Assembly (NCBI GenBank): GCA_963762115.1
Contig: CAVXJH010000006.1
Span: 192,001 to 256,000, forward strand
Direction: 5' to 3'
Source: Candidatus Babeliales bacterium
GTDB taxonomy: Bacteria; Babelota; Babeliae; Babelales; JANWKD01
Length of the DNA: 64,000 bases
Every line of letters begins with the position of its first letter. The first letter of the stretch is position 1. The position numbers and the translations under genes are program-made. Below, one piece after another: positions 1-10,182 of this stretch. Below the pieces are notes generated by a model. It did no database searches, was not told the origin of the DNA, and worked only from the letters and a program-made list of their open reading frames with translations.

Positions 1-822
1 ATAGTCATCTTCTAAAGTTTCTTTGGGTGTTTCTAGTATTTTTGGTATATCAATGAGTGCAGGATCGTTTATAAGGCATTCAAATCCTAATAACCCTATA
101 TGTCCTTTACCAATATCTTCATGCCTATCAAGATGTGAACCTAATTTTTGTTTTGAATCATTAAGATGAATTGCTTTTAGATGCTCTAGACCAATAGTGG
201 CATCAAAGGCTTTCCAAACATTTTGGTAAGATTCTTGTGTGCTGAGATCGTATCCTGCTGCAAATGCGTGACAAGTGTCAAAACAAAACCCAATTCTTTT
301 TTTATGGTGTATATTTGCTCTTATGAGCGCTAATTCTTCAAATGTTGATCCAATCGCTGACCCTTGGCCAGCCATATTTTCTAGAAGAATCATCGTTGAA
401 CTTGTTGTTTGCTCAAGTGCTTTATTTAAATTGGCACTAATTTGTTTGATACCTTCTTCTTTGGTGAGTGTTCCACAAGAGCCTGGATGCAACACAAGAC
501 TTTTAATGCCGAGCAATTCGCAACGTTCTAATTCATCAATAAGGGCTTTTATTGCTTTTTCTTCTGTTGCTTTTTGTGCAGATCCTACATTGATAAGGTA
601 ACTTGCATGAGCAATAACTGATTTAATGTTAGATTGTTCTAACGTCTTTTTAAAGAGAATAGCATCATCAATGTGTATTGGTTTTGCATACCATTGTCTG
701 TTGCTTTTGGTGAAAATTTGGATTGTGGTGCATCCTATTGATTCTCCACGAATAAGAGCTTGGTCATAGCCTCCAGCAACAGACATGTGTGCACCCAGTA
801 AGAGTGTTTTTTTAGAATTCAT
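1..822 (-). CDS. nfo: Endonuclease IV (deoxyribonuclease IV); 3' end runs off the window
   Basis: Absent from the ORF track. Manual translation from the ATG at 822 gives MNSKKTLLLGAHMSVAGGYDQALIRGESIGCTTIQIFTKSNRQW...HASYLIN...VLHPG...LENMAGQG...CFDTCH...HLNDSK...DRHEDIGKG, the Nfo zinc-ligand motifs. Confidence 0.95.
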   Translation of the reverse strand, partial: MNSKKTLLLGAHMSVAGGYDQALIRGESIGCTTIQIFTKSNRQWYAKPIHIDDAILFKKTLEQSNIKSVIAHASYLINVGSAQKATEEKAIKALIDELERCELLGIKSLVLHPGSCGTLTKEEGIKQISANLNKALEQTTSSTMILLENMAGQGSAIGSTFEELALIRANIHHKKRIGFCFDTCHAFAAGYDLSTQESYQNVWKAFDATIGLEHLKAIHLNDSKQKLGSHLDRHEDIGKGHIGLLGFECLINDPALIDIPKILETPKETLEDDY

Positions 823-1062
823 AAAAATACCTTTCATAATGTCATTGATTCTTTATTGTACTTGTCAGAGCGAGCAAATAGTAGCTCTTTTTAAGGTAAA
901 TAGTGGTTTTATTTGACAAATACAGAGAAAATAGTAACTTTTGTACATATATTTTATGACACAATTGGCCATAAAGAAGCAAAAAAAAATACTTTATTGT
1001 AGAGGCAATCTAAGAGTTTTTTTGCGTATTATTTCTTTCTTATTCATTAATGTTACCCTGAA

Positions 1063-3294
1063 ATGGATTTTTTTATGCAAAGTACAAAAAATGTTTTTTT
1101 ATTATTTGGTTTTTTTTTAATAGCTGAGATGCACGTATTAGCAGAACAACTTGTTCCTATGCCGTTGCACAAAGAAATGCAAGAAAAAGTACTTCTGTAT
1201 GCCGCTCAAGATGATGTGCAAGAAGATCAAGAAGATAGTGCTAAAGAAGCACCCTTTAAAACTGAACTAAATAATGATATTTATTCTATTACCGAAGAAC
1301 AAGAAGCTTTAGTAAAAAAAGAAAATATTGCCGGAGCTGGTGAAGAGGCTATTAATCAAGATTTTGAAAAAACCCTTTCAAAGGGTCCGTTATATTGGAG
1401 TGCTGGTAATTTGACGGGCAAGTTCCAAATAAAATATAAGCCTGAAACCTTTTATGCTAAAAACGCAAATTTGCTTAATAATGCAAATAAGTCTGATGAA
1501 ATATTCTTTAGCCGTTGCACTATTGATATCAACATGGGTCTTTATTACGGTAAAGAGTTTTATGGTTTTGATATTATGGATTTCTTTGTAACGCTGCGTA
1601 ACAAATCAAATTGGGGTAATCCTGATACTGTTGCACGTACAACATCAACACGTATAAAAACACTTGATAGTCTTGATGGCGGCCACTTACATTTTATATC
1701 GCGTCAAATTTTTTGGATGCGTGAAATGTGGCTTAAATTTTCAATTAATGAAACATTTGGTATTCCATTTACGAATCATCATTATTTCACCTTGGGAGCT
1801 TTCCCATTTGAGTTAGGACGTGGTATTGCCTTGGGCTCAGCATATGCGGTGAACCCGGGTGTATTAGGTTTTTTCTCTGATAACTCAATTGATCAGTATG
1901 CATTTGGTTATAAGTTGAATGGTGAACTTGTCCCTTCATGGCTTACCTATGATCTTTATTTGGCAATGTTGCAAAATAAAGCCGATACTTTTTTTGCAAC
2001 AGGAGAAAATATTTATGGTCAGGAATATGGTCGCATTTTAGATCAAGCACGTGGGCCATGGCATATTAATTATGTTTTTGCAGGTCGTGCAAAATGGATG
2101 CCGATAAAAACTGATTGTAATCTCATTACTATTGAGCCGTATTTTTTATATAACAGTGATCCAGAACAAGTCGTTGAATTTCCTGCTGATGCACGTACAA
2201 AATTAGGCACTTTTGGTTGTGCTGGTGAATTTACTTTTGGTGCACTTGATTTTGGTTTTGATACAGCAGTGAACATTGGGCATCAACATGTATTAGGATG
2301 GGATAGAAATCAAGTTGATCGTATTAACAATGTTGGTGTTTTCACGGTTGTTGATAGTCAAGTGGTGACCGCAGATCCAAACGTAAATGCTAAAGCGCCG
2401 AATGTTATTTATGCGCCTACCAATGCAAATGGACGTGAAGTACAAAATATTATTGATTCTGCGTCTGAAAGTGCTTCTCAAAATGGTAAATTTATAGGGT
2501 TAGCGCCAAATCCAACCAATCCTAGCGATCCAACTAAAAATGTTACTTTATTTAATAGTTTAAATCGTTTTAGAGATCCTTATAACAATAAATTTGAAGG
2601 ATGGATGATTGTTGGTGACGCAGCATATTGGTTTTGTCAAAGATCTATGCGTGTTGCTCTCGGTGCAGGTGTTGCTTCTGGTGATGAAGATCCTAATGTT
2701 GATTTTGAAAATCCTAATGATAGTAATGTTGATGGTAATTTTAAAGGATTCGTTGGGTTACAAGAAATTTATACTGGTGATCGTATACAAAGTGCATTCC
2801 TTCTTGGTGGTGCTGGCAGAATTCCTCGACCTCTTTCAACGCCAACCGGCTTGCAAGTGATCGATCGTATTCCAACAAATGTTTCCGGTTTTACTAACTT
2901 GTCTTTTGTTGGAGGCTCATTTCTATGGTCACCAAAACAATTTAAACATAATTTTAATTTCCGACCAAATATTCTTGCTTATTGGCAACAACATGCAACA
3001 AAGAAGTTTGATATTGTAACCAAGCAAAGTTCAGCAACTGAATTTGCTCGTAATTTTTTGGGTACAGAAATTAATACTTTCTTTGATCTTGAGTTAGTGC
3101 GTGATTTCAAATTCTTCTTGGTTGGCTCAATATTCTTCCCCGGCGGGCACTTTACTGATATTAAGGGTACGCCATTGAGTAAAGATCAACAGCGTATTTT
3201 AGACCGTGCTGATGTAACTGGCGTTGATACTATTCCGTTGCTTGGTGATAATACCGCGTATACATTGAACGTTGGACTTGAATATAGATTCTAA
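1063..3294 (+). CDS. Putative outer-membrane beta-barrel protein (alginate-export/porin-like)
   Basis: Signal peptide, acidic N-terminal region, amphipathic aromatic-rich strands, and C-terminal BAM-type beta signal LNVGLEYRF. ASGD and GTEIN motifs recall AlgE-like porins. Confidence 0.6.
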   Translation: MDFFMQSTKNVFLLFGFFLIAEMHVLAEQLVPMPLHKEMQEKVLLYAAQDDVQEDQEDSAKEAPFKTELNNDIYSITEEQEALVKKENIAGAGEEAINQDFEKTLSKGPLYWSAGNLTGKFQIKYKPETFYAKNANLLNNANKSDEIFFSRCTIDINMGLYYGKEFYGFDIMDFFVTLRNKSNWGNPDTVARTTSTRIKTLDSLDGGHLHFISRQIFWMREMWLKFSINETFGIPFTNHHYFTLGAFPFELGRGIALGSAYAVNPGVLGFFSDNSIDQYAFGYKLNGELVPSWLTYDLYLAMLQNKADTFFATGENIYGQEYGRILDQARGPWHINYVFAGRAKWMPIKTDCNLITIEPYFLYNSDPEQVVEFPADARTKLGTFGCAGEFTFGALDFGFDTAVNIGHQHVLGWDRNQVDRINNVGVFTVVDSQVVTADPNVNAKAPNVIYAPTNANGREVQNIIDSASESASQNGKFIGLAPNPTNPSDPTKNVTLFNSLNRFRDPYNNKFEGWMIVGDAAYWFCQRSMRVALGAGVASGDEDPNVDFENPNDSNVDGNFKGFVGLQEIYTGDRIQSAFLLGGAGRIPRPLSTPTGLQVIDRIPTNVSGFTNLSFVGGSFLWSPKQFKHNFNFRPNILAYWQQHATKKFDIVTKQSSATEFARNFLGTEINTFFDLELVRDFKFFLVGSIFFPGGHFTDIKGTPLSKDQQRILDRADVTGVDTIPLLGDNTAYTLNVGLEYRF

Positions 3295-4218
3295 ATGAAA
3301 AAGTTATTGTTATTTTTGTTGCTTAATTTAGTGACATGTGTTTCGGCAATGCAACTATTGAGACAGTGCATTTCACAGGTTGATGGAAAAAAAGTAGCAA
3401 TGACATCTTTGTCTGTAGGGTTAACGTGCCTTCATTATGTTTTGGCATATAATCCTTTGGGATTTATGATTGTTGAAATATGTCAGCCTGTCGATGAATC
3501 AAAAAAAGTTACTCCTGCGGTAGAAAACTTTGTAAAAGAAGAACTTACAAAGTGTGGTTATACCGCTTTCGATAGATTGAAAATAATTAAAAGTTTTGCT
3601 TTTTGCACAAAAGCGACTCCTTCACATGATTATTTATTTTTCAATAGCATGTATGAGCCACGATTGGAAACTGTCTTAAAAGGATCATGGTATAATCGTT
3701 TCTTAGATCGTATTGGCCCATATTTTATTAAGGATATGCAATCGAAACAAGAATATAAAAATACTGTTGCGGGTATAATTCAACATGAAGGTAGTCACCT
3801 TATTAATAAAGATTCTCAAAGATATGTTATAGCCCAGTTGGCAACCGTAGGTGCTCTTGAAATTTTTTCATTTTTTTTGAAAAAAAGAATGAGACCAATT
3901 AATAATTTCTGGATTAAGCAAAGTATGAAAATACCAACCGGAATGGTAAAATTTTCCCTTAATCTTGCAGGTTGTATGGCATTTCATCGTTATACAGAAC
4001 AAGAAGCTGATGATAGTATAAATGATGATATTGCATTGCTAACTGCGGTGAAGAAAGATTTGGAAAAAAAAATGTACTTTCCGTCTGGTGAACCATTTTA
4101 TAATTATATTTTCTTTCAAAATCATCCTTCAGATGGAGACCGTTTTGAACGGTTTACCAGACGTATAGGAAAATTAAAATTTGAAGAACAGCTAAAAAAA
4201 TCTAATAAAAAAATTTAA
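3295..4218 (+). CDS. M48-like zinc metallopeptidase, exported or membrane-bound
   Basis: HEGSH (HExxH), EQEADD (ExxAD) and NHPS...R motifs in M48 order; signal peptide ending SA-MQ. Confidence 0.65.
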   Translation: MKKLLLFLLLNLVTCVSAMQLLRQCISQVDGKKVAMTSLSVGLTCLHYVLAYNPLGFMIVEICQPVDESKKVTPAVENFVKEELTKCGYTAFDRLKIIKSFAFCTKATPSHDYLFFNSMYEPRLETVLKGSWYNRFLDRIGPYFIKDMQSKQEYKNTVAGIIQHEGSHLINKDSQRYVIAQLATVGALEIFSFFLKKRMRPINNFWIKQSMKIPTGMVKFSLNLAGCMAFHRYTEQEADDSINDDIALLTAVKKDLEKKMYFPSGEPFYNYIFFQNHPSDGDRFERFTRRIGKLKFEEQLKKSNKKI

Positions 4219-4277
4219 ATTTGTTGTATCTTCTTTAGAAAGAAGAAATTTTGTTATTAGGTAAGGAGATTTGAGTT

Positions 4278-4712
4278 ATGAAGCGTTTGTTATCTAGTTT
4301 TTTACTTTTGGTGTTATTTTCTACTCAAATATATGCACATGCACCAATAATTGATTATGAAAAAATTAATGCCTGGTGCAACTTTATCAAACTTTCAAAA
4401 GCAGAATTAACCTTATTTCAATCATATCTTCAAGATGGCAAGGAATTAGCCGAACAGTGCAGCAAAGATCCCCATTTTGTTGATTCGTCACAAGGCAAAG
4501 AGTTACAAAATCATATGGATAAATCGGTGCAAGAATTTATGCATGATAATGCTTTAAAAGAAGCGTTTCAGTATTTTGTGATTTTAGTGCGTGAAGAATT
4601 AGCTCAAAATATTCATGAACAAAACAGAAACAAAGTTAAACGTAATTATCGATTACTTGCCATGATATTTGGTGGTTGTTTACAGTGTGTTCAGGAAAAG
4701 TTAGTAAAATAA
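4278..4712 (+). CDS. Hypothetical exported protein
   Basis: AAGGAG RBS and a classical signal peptide ending IYA. Confidence 0.7.
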   Translation: MKRLLSSFLLLVLFSTQIYAHAPIIDYEKINAWCNFIKLSKAELTLFQSYLQDGKELAEQCSKDPHFVDSSQGKELQNHMDKSVQEFMHDNALKEAFQYFVILVREELAQNIHEQNRNKVKRNYRLLAMIFGGCLQCVQEKLVK

Positions 4713-4728
4713 AATTGAAGGAATTTCC

Positions 4729-4980
4729 ATGGATATCAGAAAATTATGTATGCTTTTTTGCGCCTGTACGCTTATTTTTGTGTCTTTTGCCGGTAAAAAA
4801 AATAAAGAAAGACGTCATTCTGCTCCTGTGACATTATCCCAAAATACTATGTATCACTATTTTGAGATGATTGAACATTGGGAGAATGAAAAAAAAACGA
4901 TTGTTTCTGCAGGATTTGCTGGTTATTTTCAACATTTGATAAGCGCAAGACTACAAAATAAAGAAAGAAAAAAAATATAA
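4729..4980 (+). CDS. Small hypothetical exported protein
   Basis: AAGGA RBS and a signal-peptide-like N-terminus followed by a basic patch. Confidence 0.55.
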   Translation: MDIRKLCMLFCACTLIFVSFAGKKNKERRHSAPVTLSQNTMYHYFEMIEHWENEKKTIVSAGFAGYFQHLISARLQNKERKKI

Positions 4981-5037
4981 TAATTATTATATTTTGGTAT
5001 ACTTATTAATACTAAAAATTGTAAATTTCTGTTCTTT

Positions 5038-6813
5038 ATGAGAAATGGTATGCAAAAAAATTATCTTCGCACTATTGGATGCGGTTCAGTTGATGAAAAA
5101 ATGCTCAATACGACAATTCATCTTTCAGGTTGGGTTGATGGACGTCGTGATCATGGCGGTCTTATTTTTATTGATTTGCGTGATCGTAGCGGTTTAATGC
5201 AACTTGTTTTTAACCCTGTATTTTCAGCCCAAGCACATAAAAAAGCGCATGAATTGCGTTCAGAATTTGTTATTTCTGTAACGGGTACCGTTGTTGCACG
5301 AAGTGCTGAAACGGTGAATGAAGAGTTGCCTACGGGCAGATGGGAATTGCAAGTAACTGAATTAATGGTGTTAAATACCTCAAAAGCTTTACCTTTTTCT
5401 CTTGATGCTGATGATATTGATGAAGAATTGCGTTTAAAGTATCGTTATCTTGATTTGCGTCGTCCTGCTATGCAGCGACGTCTTGCTTTGCGCAATGATA
5501 TTATTTTTGCTATGCGTTATTTTTTGCAACATAACGGTTTTTATGAAATTGAAACACCAATTTTAACGAAAAATACTCCTGAAGGTGCGCGAGAATTTAT
5601 CGTTCCTTCACGGCTGCACCAAGGCAGTTTTTATGCATTACCGCAATCACCACAACTTTATAAACAACTTTTGATGGCAAGTGGTTTTGAGCGTTATTTC
5701 CAAGTTGCGCGTTGTTTCAGAGATGAAGATTTACGAGCAGATCGTCAGCCTGAGTTTACGCAGCTTGACATAGAAATGTCGTTTGTAAAAGAAAATGATA
5801 TTATTGGTCTTATTGAAAATTTATTTCAATTTTTATTCAAAAAGATTTTTGATGTTGAGTTGACGTTACCATTGCCTCGCATGAACTATGATGAGGCTTT
5901 TGCTTTATATGGTTCTGATAAACCTGATTTGCGTTTTGATTTAAAAATTGTAGATTTTACCTCTGTTTTTCAAAACACAGAACTAAAATTTTTGCGTGCT
6001 GTGCTTGATAAAGGCGGTAAAATTGGCGGGTTGCAGGTTAAGAGTAAAAACTTTACGCGTTCTGAATTAGATGCCTATGTTGAATGGGCTCGTAAAGCGG
6101 GTTCCTCTGGTTTATTGTGGGTTCGTGTTGGTGAAAATAACACACTCGAAGCACCTGTTGCTAAATTTTTCCCACCTGATTTTTTTAATCAGTTGAAAAC
6201 AATATGTCCTTCACTTGAACAAGGTGACACCTTATTCCTGCTTGCAGGTCAATATGATGAAGCATGGGTTCATATTGGCAGATTGCGCCTTGAATTAGCG
6301 CGTGATTTGGGAATTATTCCTGTTGGAAAGCTACATTTATCATGGGTTACTGATTTCCCTCTTTTTGAATATGATAAAGAATCGAAACAATGGAATTCCA
6401 TGCATCATCCCTTTACTTCTCCGCAAGAAGGTTGGGAAAAACTTGAGCCTGGTCAAATGAAAGCACGTGCTTACGATATCATATTAAATGGCGTTGAACT
6501 TGGCGGTGGATCAATTCGTATTTTTAATAGTGAAGTTCAAAATAAAGTTTTCCAATTGCTTGGTCTTGATGAAAAAGCAATGCATGATAAATTTGGCTTT
6601 TTATTAGAAGCACAAGAATATGGTTTCCCACCGCATGGCGGCATTGCTTTAGGACTTGATCGTTTGCTTATGTTATTAACAAATGCTACCTCAATTCGTG
6701 AAGTTATTGCGTTCCCTAAAACGGCACGTGGTTATGATCCTATGATGCAATCGCCAACCGGTGTTGATGATAAGCAGCTTAAAGAATATGGTTTGCAGAA
6801 GATCAAGAAATAA
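5038..6813 (+). CDS. aspS: Aspartate-tRNA ligase (start may be 5050)
   Basis: RRDHGGLIFIDLRD, ALPQSPQLYKQLLM, CFRDEDLRADRQPEFTQLD and PPHGGIALGLDR motifs. Confidence 0.98.
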   Translation: MRNGMQKNYLRTIGCGSVDEKMLNTTIHLSGWVDGRRDHGGLIFIDLRDRSGLMQLVFNPVFSAQAHKKAHELRSEFVISVTGTVVARSAETVNEELPTGRWELQVTELMVLNTSKALPFSLDADDIDEELRLKYRYLDLRRPAMQRRLALRNDIIFAMRYFLQHNGFYEIETPILTKNTPEGAREFIVPSRLHQGSFYALPQSPQLYKQLLMASGFERYFQVARCFRDEDLRADRQPEFTQLDIEMSFVKENDIIGLIENLFQFLFKKIFDVELTLPLPRMNYDEAFALYGSDKPDLRFDLKIVDFTSVFQNTELKFLRAVLDKGGKIGGLQVKSKNFTRSELDAYVEWARKAGSSGLLWVRVGENNTLEAPVAKFFPPDFFNQLKTICPSLEQGDTLFLLAGQYDEAWVHIGRLRLELARDLGIIPVGKLHLSWVTDFPLFEYDKESKQWNSMHHPFTSPQEGWEKLEPGQMKARAYDIILNGVELGGGSIRIFNSEVQNKVFQLLGLDEKAMHDKFGFLLEAQEYGFPPHGGIALGLDRLLMLLTNATSIREVIAFPKTARGYDPMMQSPTGVDDKQLKEYGLQKIKK

Positions 6814-6831
6814 TTTTGAGAAATATGCAAA

Positions 6832-8196
6832 CTATTTTTTTAAATGTTCATTAAGTAATTCTTGTATTTCAGGATAAAAGCTTGCCCTCTGAAGAGCGTC
6901 TTTTGTTATTTTAGCGCCTTTGGCTAATAACAGTTTTACCATTTCAGAATTATTTTTTAGTATTGCAAGACTTAATGCATCGATACCCTTATGATCTTGA
7001 ACATTTGGATCACCACCAAATTTGAGAAATTTTTTCACTTCTTCTAAAGAATTTTGTTCAATGATATACGGTAATATAAAACTTCCGTTTTTGTCTGGAT
7101 CATTAGGATTAGCACCAGCCTTGATTAAATATTTTATTGCTTTTGGACTATATAATGCTGCATATAATAATGCAGTACCACCAACTTTATTTTCGATATT
7201 AATATTAGCACCAGCACCAATCAGAGATTTTATTGCTTTTTGATTATTTTTGATTACTGCATACATTAATGCAGTTCTGCCTTTATTGTCTTGTGCATCG
7301 ATATTTTTTAATATTGCATCATTTTGTAGAAGAATTTCCACAGAATCGGGATTGCTTTCTGCTGCAAACATTAATGGAGTTTTACCTTCTTTATCTTTAC
7401 TATTAACTAATTTTTCAGAATCAAATAATAATTTTTTTGAATCAGAATCAATAAAGGGTTGTATGAGAGATGGATTAAATTTAGCGGCAAACATGAGTGG
7501 ATTTTGGCGATATTTATTAGTTTGATGCATATAAGCACCTTGCTTTAAAAACTTTTTAGCCAGTTTTGGCATATAGGCAATGGCTAAAGTAAAGGCAGAC
7601 CGAGCTGTAGTATTAAAATTACTTATTTCGTTTCTTATCTCGGATGAATTTTGTTTCAAAATTTTAAAGATACTTTTGGCAAGTTTTTCATCTTCGTGTT
7701 CAATTGCATTTTGTAAAGGAGTAATGCCGAAAATATCTGGTGAAGTAACATCAAGATTTTTGCCTTCTTTTTCTATTAAATAAAGGGCTGCATTGAGGAA
7801 ACCTTTTTCAATAAGGGCATTAAGAACGGTTCTTCCTCTTCGATCTTTTAGATTTGGATTAACTCCTAATGTTAAAAGATTTTCAACTTCTTGTGCAGAT
7901 TTTGCATTATGAAGTCTTGTTTGATCGAATGGTAGTTTTTTTTGGGCTTCAGCTTTTATCTCTTGCCTTACTTCTTCTGCCGGAATTGATTCTAAAAGTT
8001 CAGGTACATTTTCAAGCTCGGGTATTACTTCAATAAATTTTTGTTTAGCAATTTCTTTTAATGTTTTGATTGGTATTATTTTTTTTTCTTCTAACTTTTG
8101 CTTTTTAGCGGGAGATTCTTTTTTTTCTTCCATAGAAAAAAGTTCAAAAGATATAAAAAATAAGGGTAACGTGATATAGAAAATATTTTTTTTCAT
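6832..8196 (-). CDS. Exported ankyrin-repeat protein with NLS-like and BC-box-like N-terminal motifs
   Basis: Signal peptide, PAKKQKLE, KTLKEIAKQKF...IPAEEVRQEI, then multiple GxTPLMxAA...GAxxN repeats. Confidence 0.9.
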   Translation of the reverse strand: MKKNIFYITLPLFFISFELFSMEEKKESPAKKQKLEEKKIIPIKTLKEIAKQKFIEVIPELENVPELLESIPAEEVRQEIKAEAQKKLPFDQTRLHNAKSAQEVENLLTLGVNPNLKDRRGRTVLNALIEKGFLNAALYLIEKEGKNLDVTSPDIFGITPLQNAIEHEDEKLAKSIFKILKQNSSEIRNEISNFNTTARSAFTLAIAYMPKLAKKFLKQGAYMHQTNKYRQNPLMFAAKFNPSLIQPFIDSDSKKLLFDSEKLVNSKDKEGKTPLMFAAESNPDSVEILLQNDAILKNIDAQDNKGRTALMYAVIKNNQKAIKSLIGAGANINIENKVGGTALLYAALYSPKAIKYLIKAGANPNDPDKNGSFILPYIIEQNSLEEVKKFLKFGGDPNVQDHKGIDALSLAILKNNSEMVKLLLAKGAKITKDALQRASFYPEIQELLNEHLKK

Positions 8197-8225
8197 TGTT
8201 AATCCTTTTTAAGTTTTTTAATTAA

Positions 8226-9920
8226 TCAATCAAATGCTGATGCAAAGTTCTGAGCAATTAAATTGAATATTTCGACATTGCCTTGAGCTTTTTCAATTGA
8301 TTGATCAGTAATTTCTGCTCCACCTTCTAATAATGCCTTTATTATTTCTGGTTCATTTTTTTCTATAGCAATCTCTAAGGGAGTTTCGCTGCTTATTTTA
8401 TCTCTGAAGTTAGGATTTGCGCCAACTTTTAACATGTTTTTAATTATCTCTACATTATTTTCTCTAACAGCTTTTATCAAATAACTTCCCAAGAAAGGGA
8501 TTATCAATTCTTTGATTTCACGGTTACGGGCAGCAAGTGCAAGTGTTTTTTCAGTTATTTCTGCTCCATGTTCTAATAAAACTTTTACTATATTAGATTG
8601 ATCCTGGGCTATTGCCATAGTTAATGCATCAAGACCTTCATTATTTTTGCCATTAGGATCAGCACCAAATTCAAGAAGTTTTTTTACTGCTTCTGATGAA
8701 CCTTGAGATACAGCAGCTAATAAAGGAGTTTCGCCATTTGTACCTTTTTCATTAGGGTTGACACCAGCTTTAATGAGTGGTTCTATTGTATTAGGATTAA
8801 ATCGAGCAGCATGATATAACGCTGTTTCATTATCAAGATCTTTAATGTTAATATTGGCACCAGCATCAATGAGTAATTGTACTGCTTCAGTATTATTTTG
8901 TGCTGCTAACATCAATGCAGTTTCCCCCTTTTTGTTTTTAGCATGGATGTTAGCTCTAGCTTTAATAAGGGTTGGAATGAGGGATGGATTATATGTTGCT
9001 GCAAACATCAAGGGCGCTTCACCATATTGATTTTTTTCATTTACTGAAGCTCCTAAGCTAATAAAGTTATCAATAAGTTCAGGCATATAACGAATTGCTA
9101 GGGTAAATGCTGACCATTCAATTTTATTAGTGGTATTTAATGCAGCAGGTAATTTGATATTTTTTGCTTCTTGAGGAAGAAAAAGATAATAGCCTTTTGC
9201 CTCATCTTTCTTTGCTTTTAATTTTTTTTGTTCTTGTAGAATTTCAATGATAAGATTAACAAGATCTAGATCTTGTTTTTGTATTGCACGTTGTAAAGGT
9301 GTGACGGCATATTCATCAGGAGAACTTACATCAAGTCCATTTCCTTGTGTTGCTAGTAAATATGATTTTATTAAATGATGAATATTTTCTTCTGTTAGCT
9401 TCTCTAAAGGAATTGTCTGATAAGGTATTGCTGTAAGAGCAATTGATACTAAATGAAATGCTGCATTAAGATGGCCTTTATCAATAAGTGCATTTAAAGC
9501 AGTTTTGCCGCTTCGATCTTTTAAATTTGGGTCAACGCCAAGCGTCAAAAGATTTTCAACTTCTTGTTCAGACGTTGCATTATGAAGTCTGGTTTCTTCA
9601 AAGCACAATTTTTTTTGAGCTTCAGCTTTTATCGCTTGCCTTACTTCTTCTGCCGGAATTGATTCTAAAAGTTCTGGTACATTTTCAAGCTCGGGTATTA
9701 CTTCAATAAATTTTTGTTTAGCAATTTCTTTTAATGTTTTAATCTGAGGTGGTTTTGTTGATACCCTTCTTCGTTTAATGGGAGGTTGTTGAGGTTGTTT
9801 TTGTAGTAGGCATCCCTTTTCTTCTTCTTCAGGTTGTTTCCGTTTTCGAGACTCTTCCATTGAACAAAGTTCAAAAGATATAAAAAAGAGAAATAAAAGA
9901 ATAAAAAATAGTTTTTTCAT
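8226..9920 (-). CDS. Exported ankyrin-repeat protein, paralog of 6832-8196
   Basis: Signal peptide, RKRK and PPIKRRRV, a near-identical BC-box-like segment, and many ankyrin repeats. Confidence 0.9.
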   Translation of the reverse strand: MKKLFFILLFLFFISFELCSMEESRKRKQPEEEEKGCLLQKQPQQPPIKRRRVSTKPPQIKTLKEIAKQKFIEVIPELENVPELLESIPAEEVRQAIKAEAQKKLCFEETRLHNATSEQEVENLLTLGVDPNLKDRSGKTALNALIDKGHLNAAFHLVSIALTAIPYQTIPLEKLTEENIHHLIKSYLLATQGNGLDVSSPDEYAVTPLQRAIQKQDLDLVNLIIEILQEQKKLKAKKDEAKGYYLFLPQEAKNIKLPAALNTTNKIEWSAFTLAIRYMPELIDNFISLGASVNEKNQYGEAPLMFAATYNPSLIPTLIKARANIHAKNKKGETALMLAAQNNTEAVQLLIDAGANINIKDLDNETALYHAARFNPNTIEPLIKAGVNPNEKGTNGETPLLAAVSQGSSEAVKKLLEFGADPNGKNNEGLDALTMAIAQDQSNIVKVLLEHGAEITEKTLALAARNREIKELIIPFLGSYLIKAVRENNVEIIKNMLKVGANPNFRDKISSETPLEIAIEKNEPEIIKALLEGGAEITDQSIEKAQGNVEIFNLIAQNFASAFD

Positions 9921-10018
9921 GATGCGATACCTATTAAATTAATGATTTATTAAATTTTTTCTTTATAAATAATCTATAGGTATAATTTTAACAAATACGC
10001 TATTCAAATTGCAATAAT
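9866..10018. repeat. About 150-bp direct repeat (signal-peptide coding start plus upstream region), also at about 11091-11243
   Basis: aaagttcaaaagatataaaaaagag...ctataggtataattttaacaaat...tattcaaattgcaataat occurs in both places with few mismatches. Confidence 0.9.
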
Positions 10019-10048
10019 TAACTTTTTTATAATTAAATTATATGCGCC

Positions 10049-10140
10049 GTACTTTAATTTTTTCTATTTTCTTAACATATACTCTGTTATAATCTTTGCG
10101 TTATCATAGCTTTTTTAGAGAAAAAACAAGTCTGATTAAA
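10049..10140. repeat. Copy of the eno upstream spacer (about 11669-11760)
   Basis: tagcttttttagagaaaaaacaagt[c/a]tgattaaa and flanking similarity are shared. Confidence 0.85.
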
Positions 10141-10179
10141 CAACTTAAAGAATATGGTTTGCAGAAGATAAAGAAGTAA
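10137..10179 (+). repeat. Duplicated 3' end of aspS (KQLKEYGLQKIKK*)
   Basis: 39 of 43 nt identical to 6771-6813; all 4 differences are synonymous third-codon changes. Confidence 0.92.
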
Positions 10180-10182
10180 AAA

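Noticed and set aside
275..601. 108-aa plus-strand ORF in the track
   Set aside because: It is the antisense shadow of nfo on the minus strand.
5038..6813. Calling AspRS non-discriminating
   Set aside because: The His in RRDHGG fits, but the second diagnostic Gly is not evident; gatCAB/asnS status is needed and lies outside this window.
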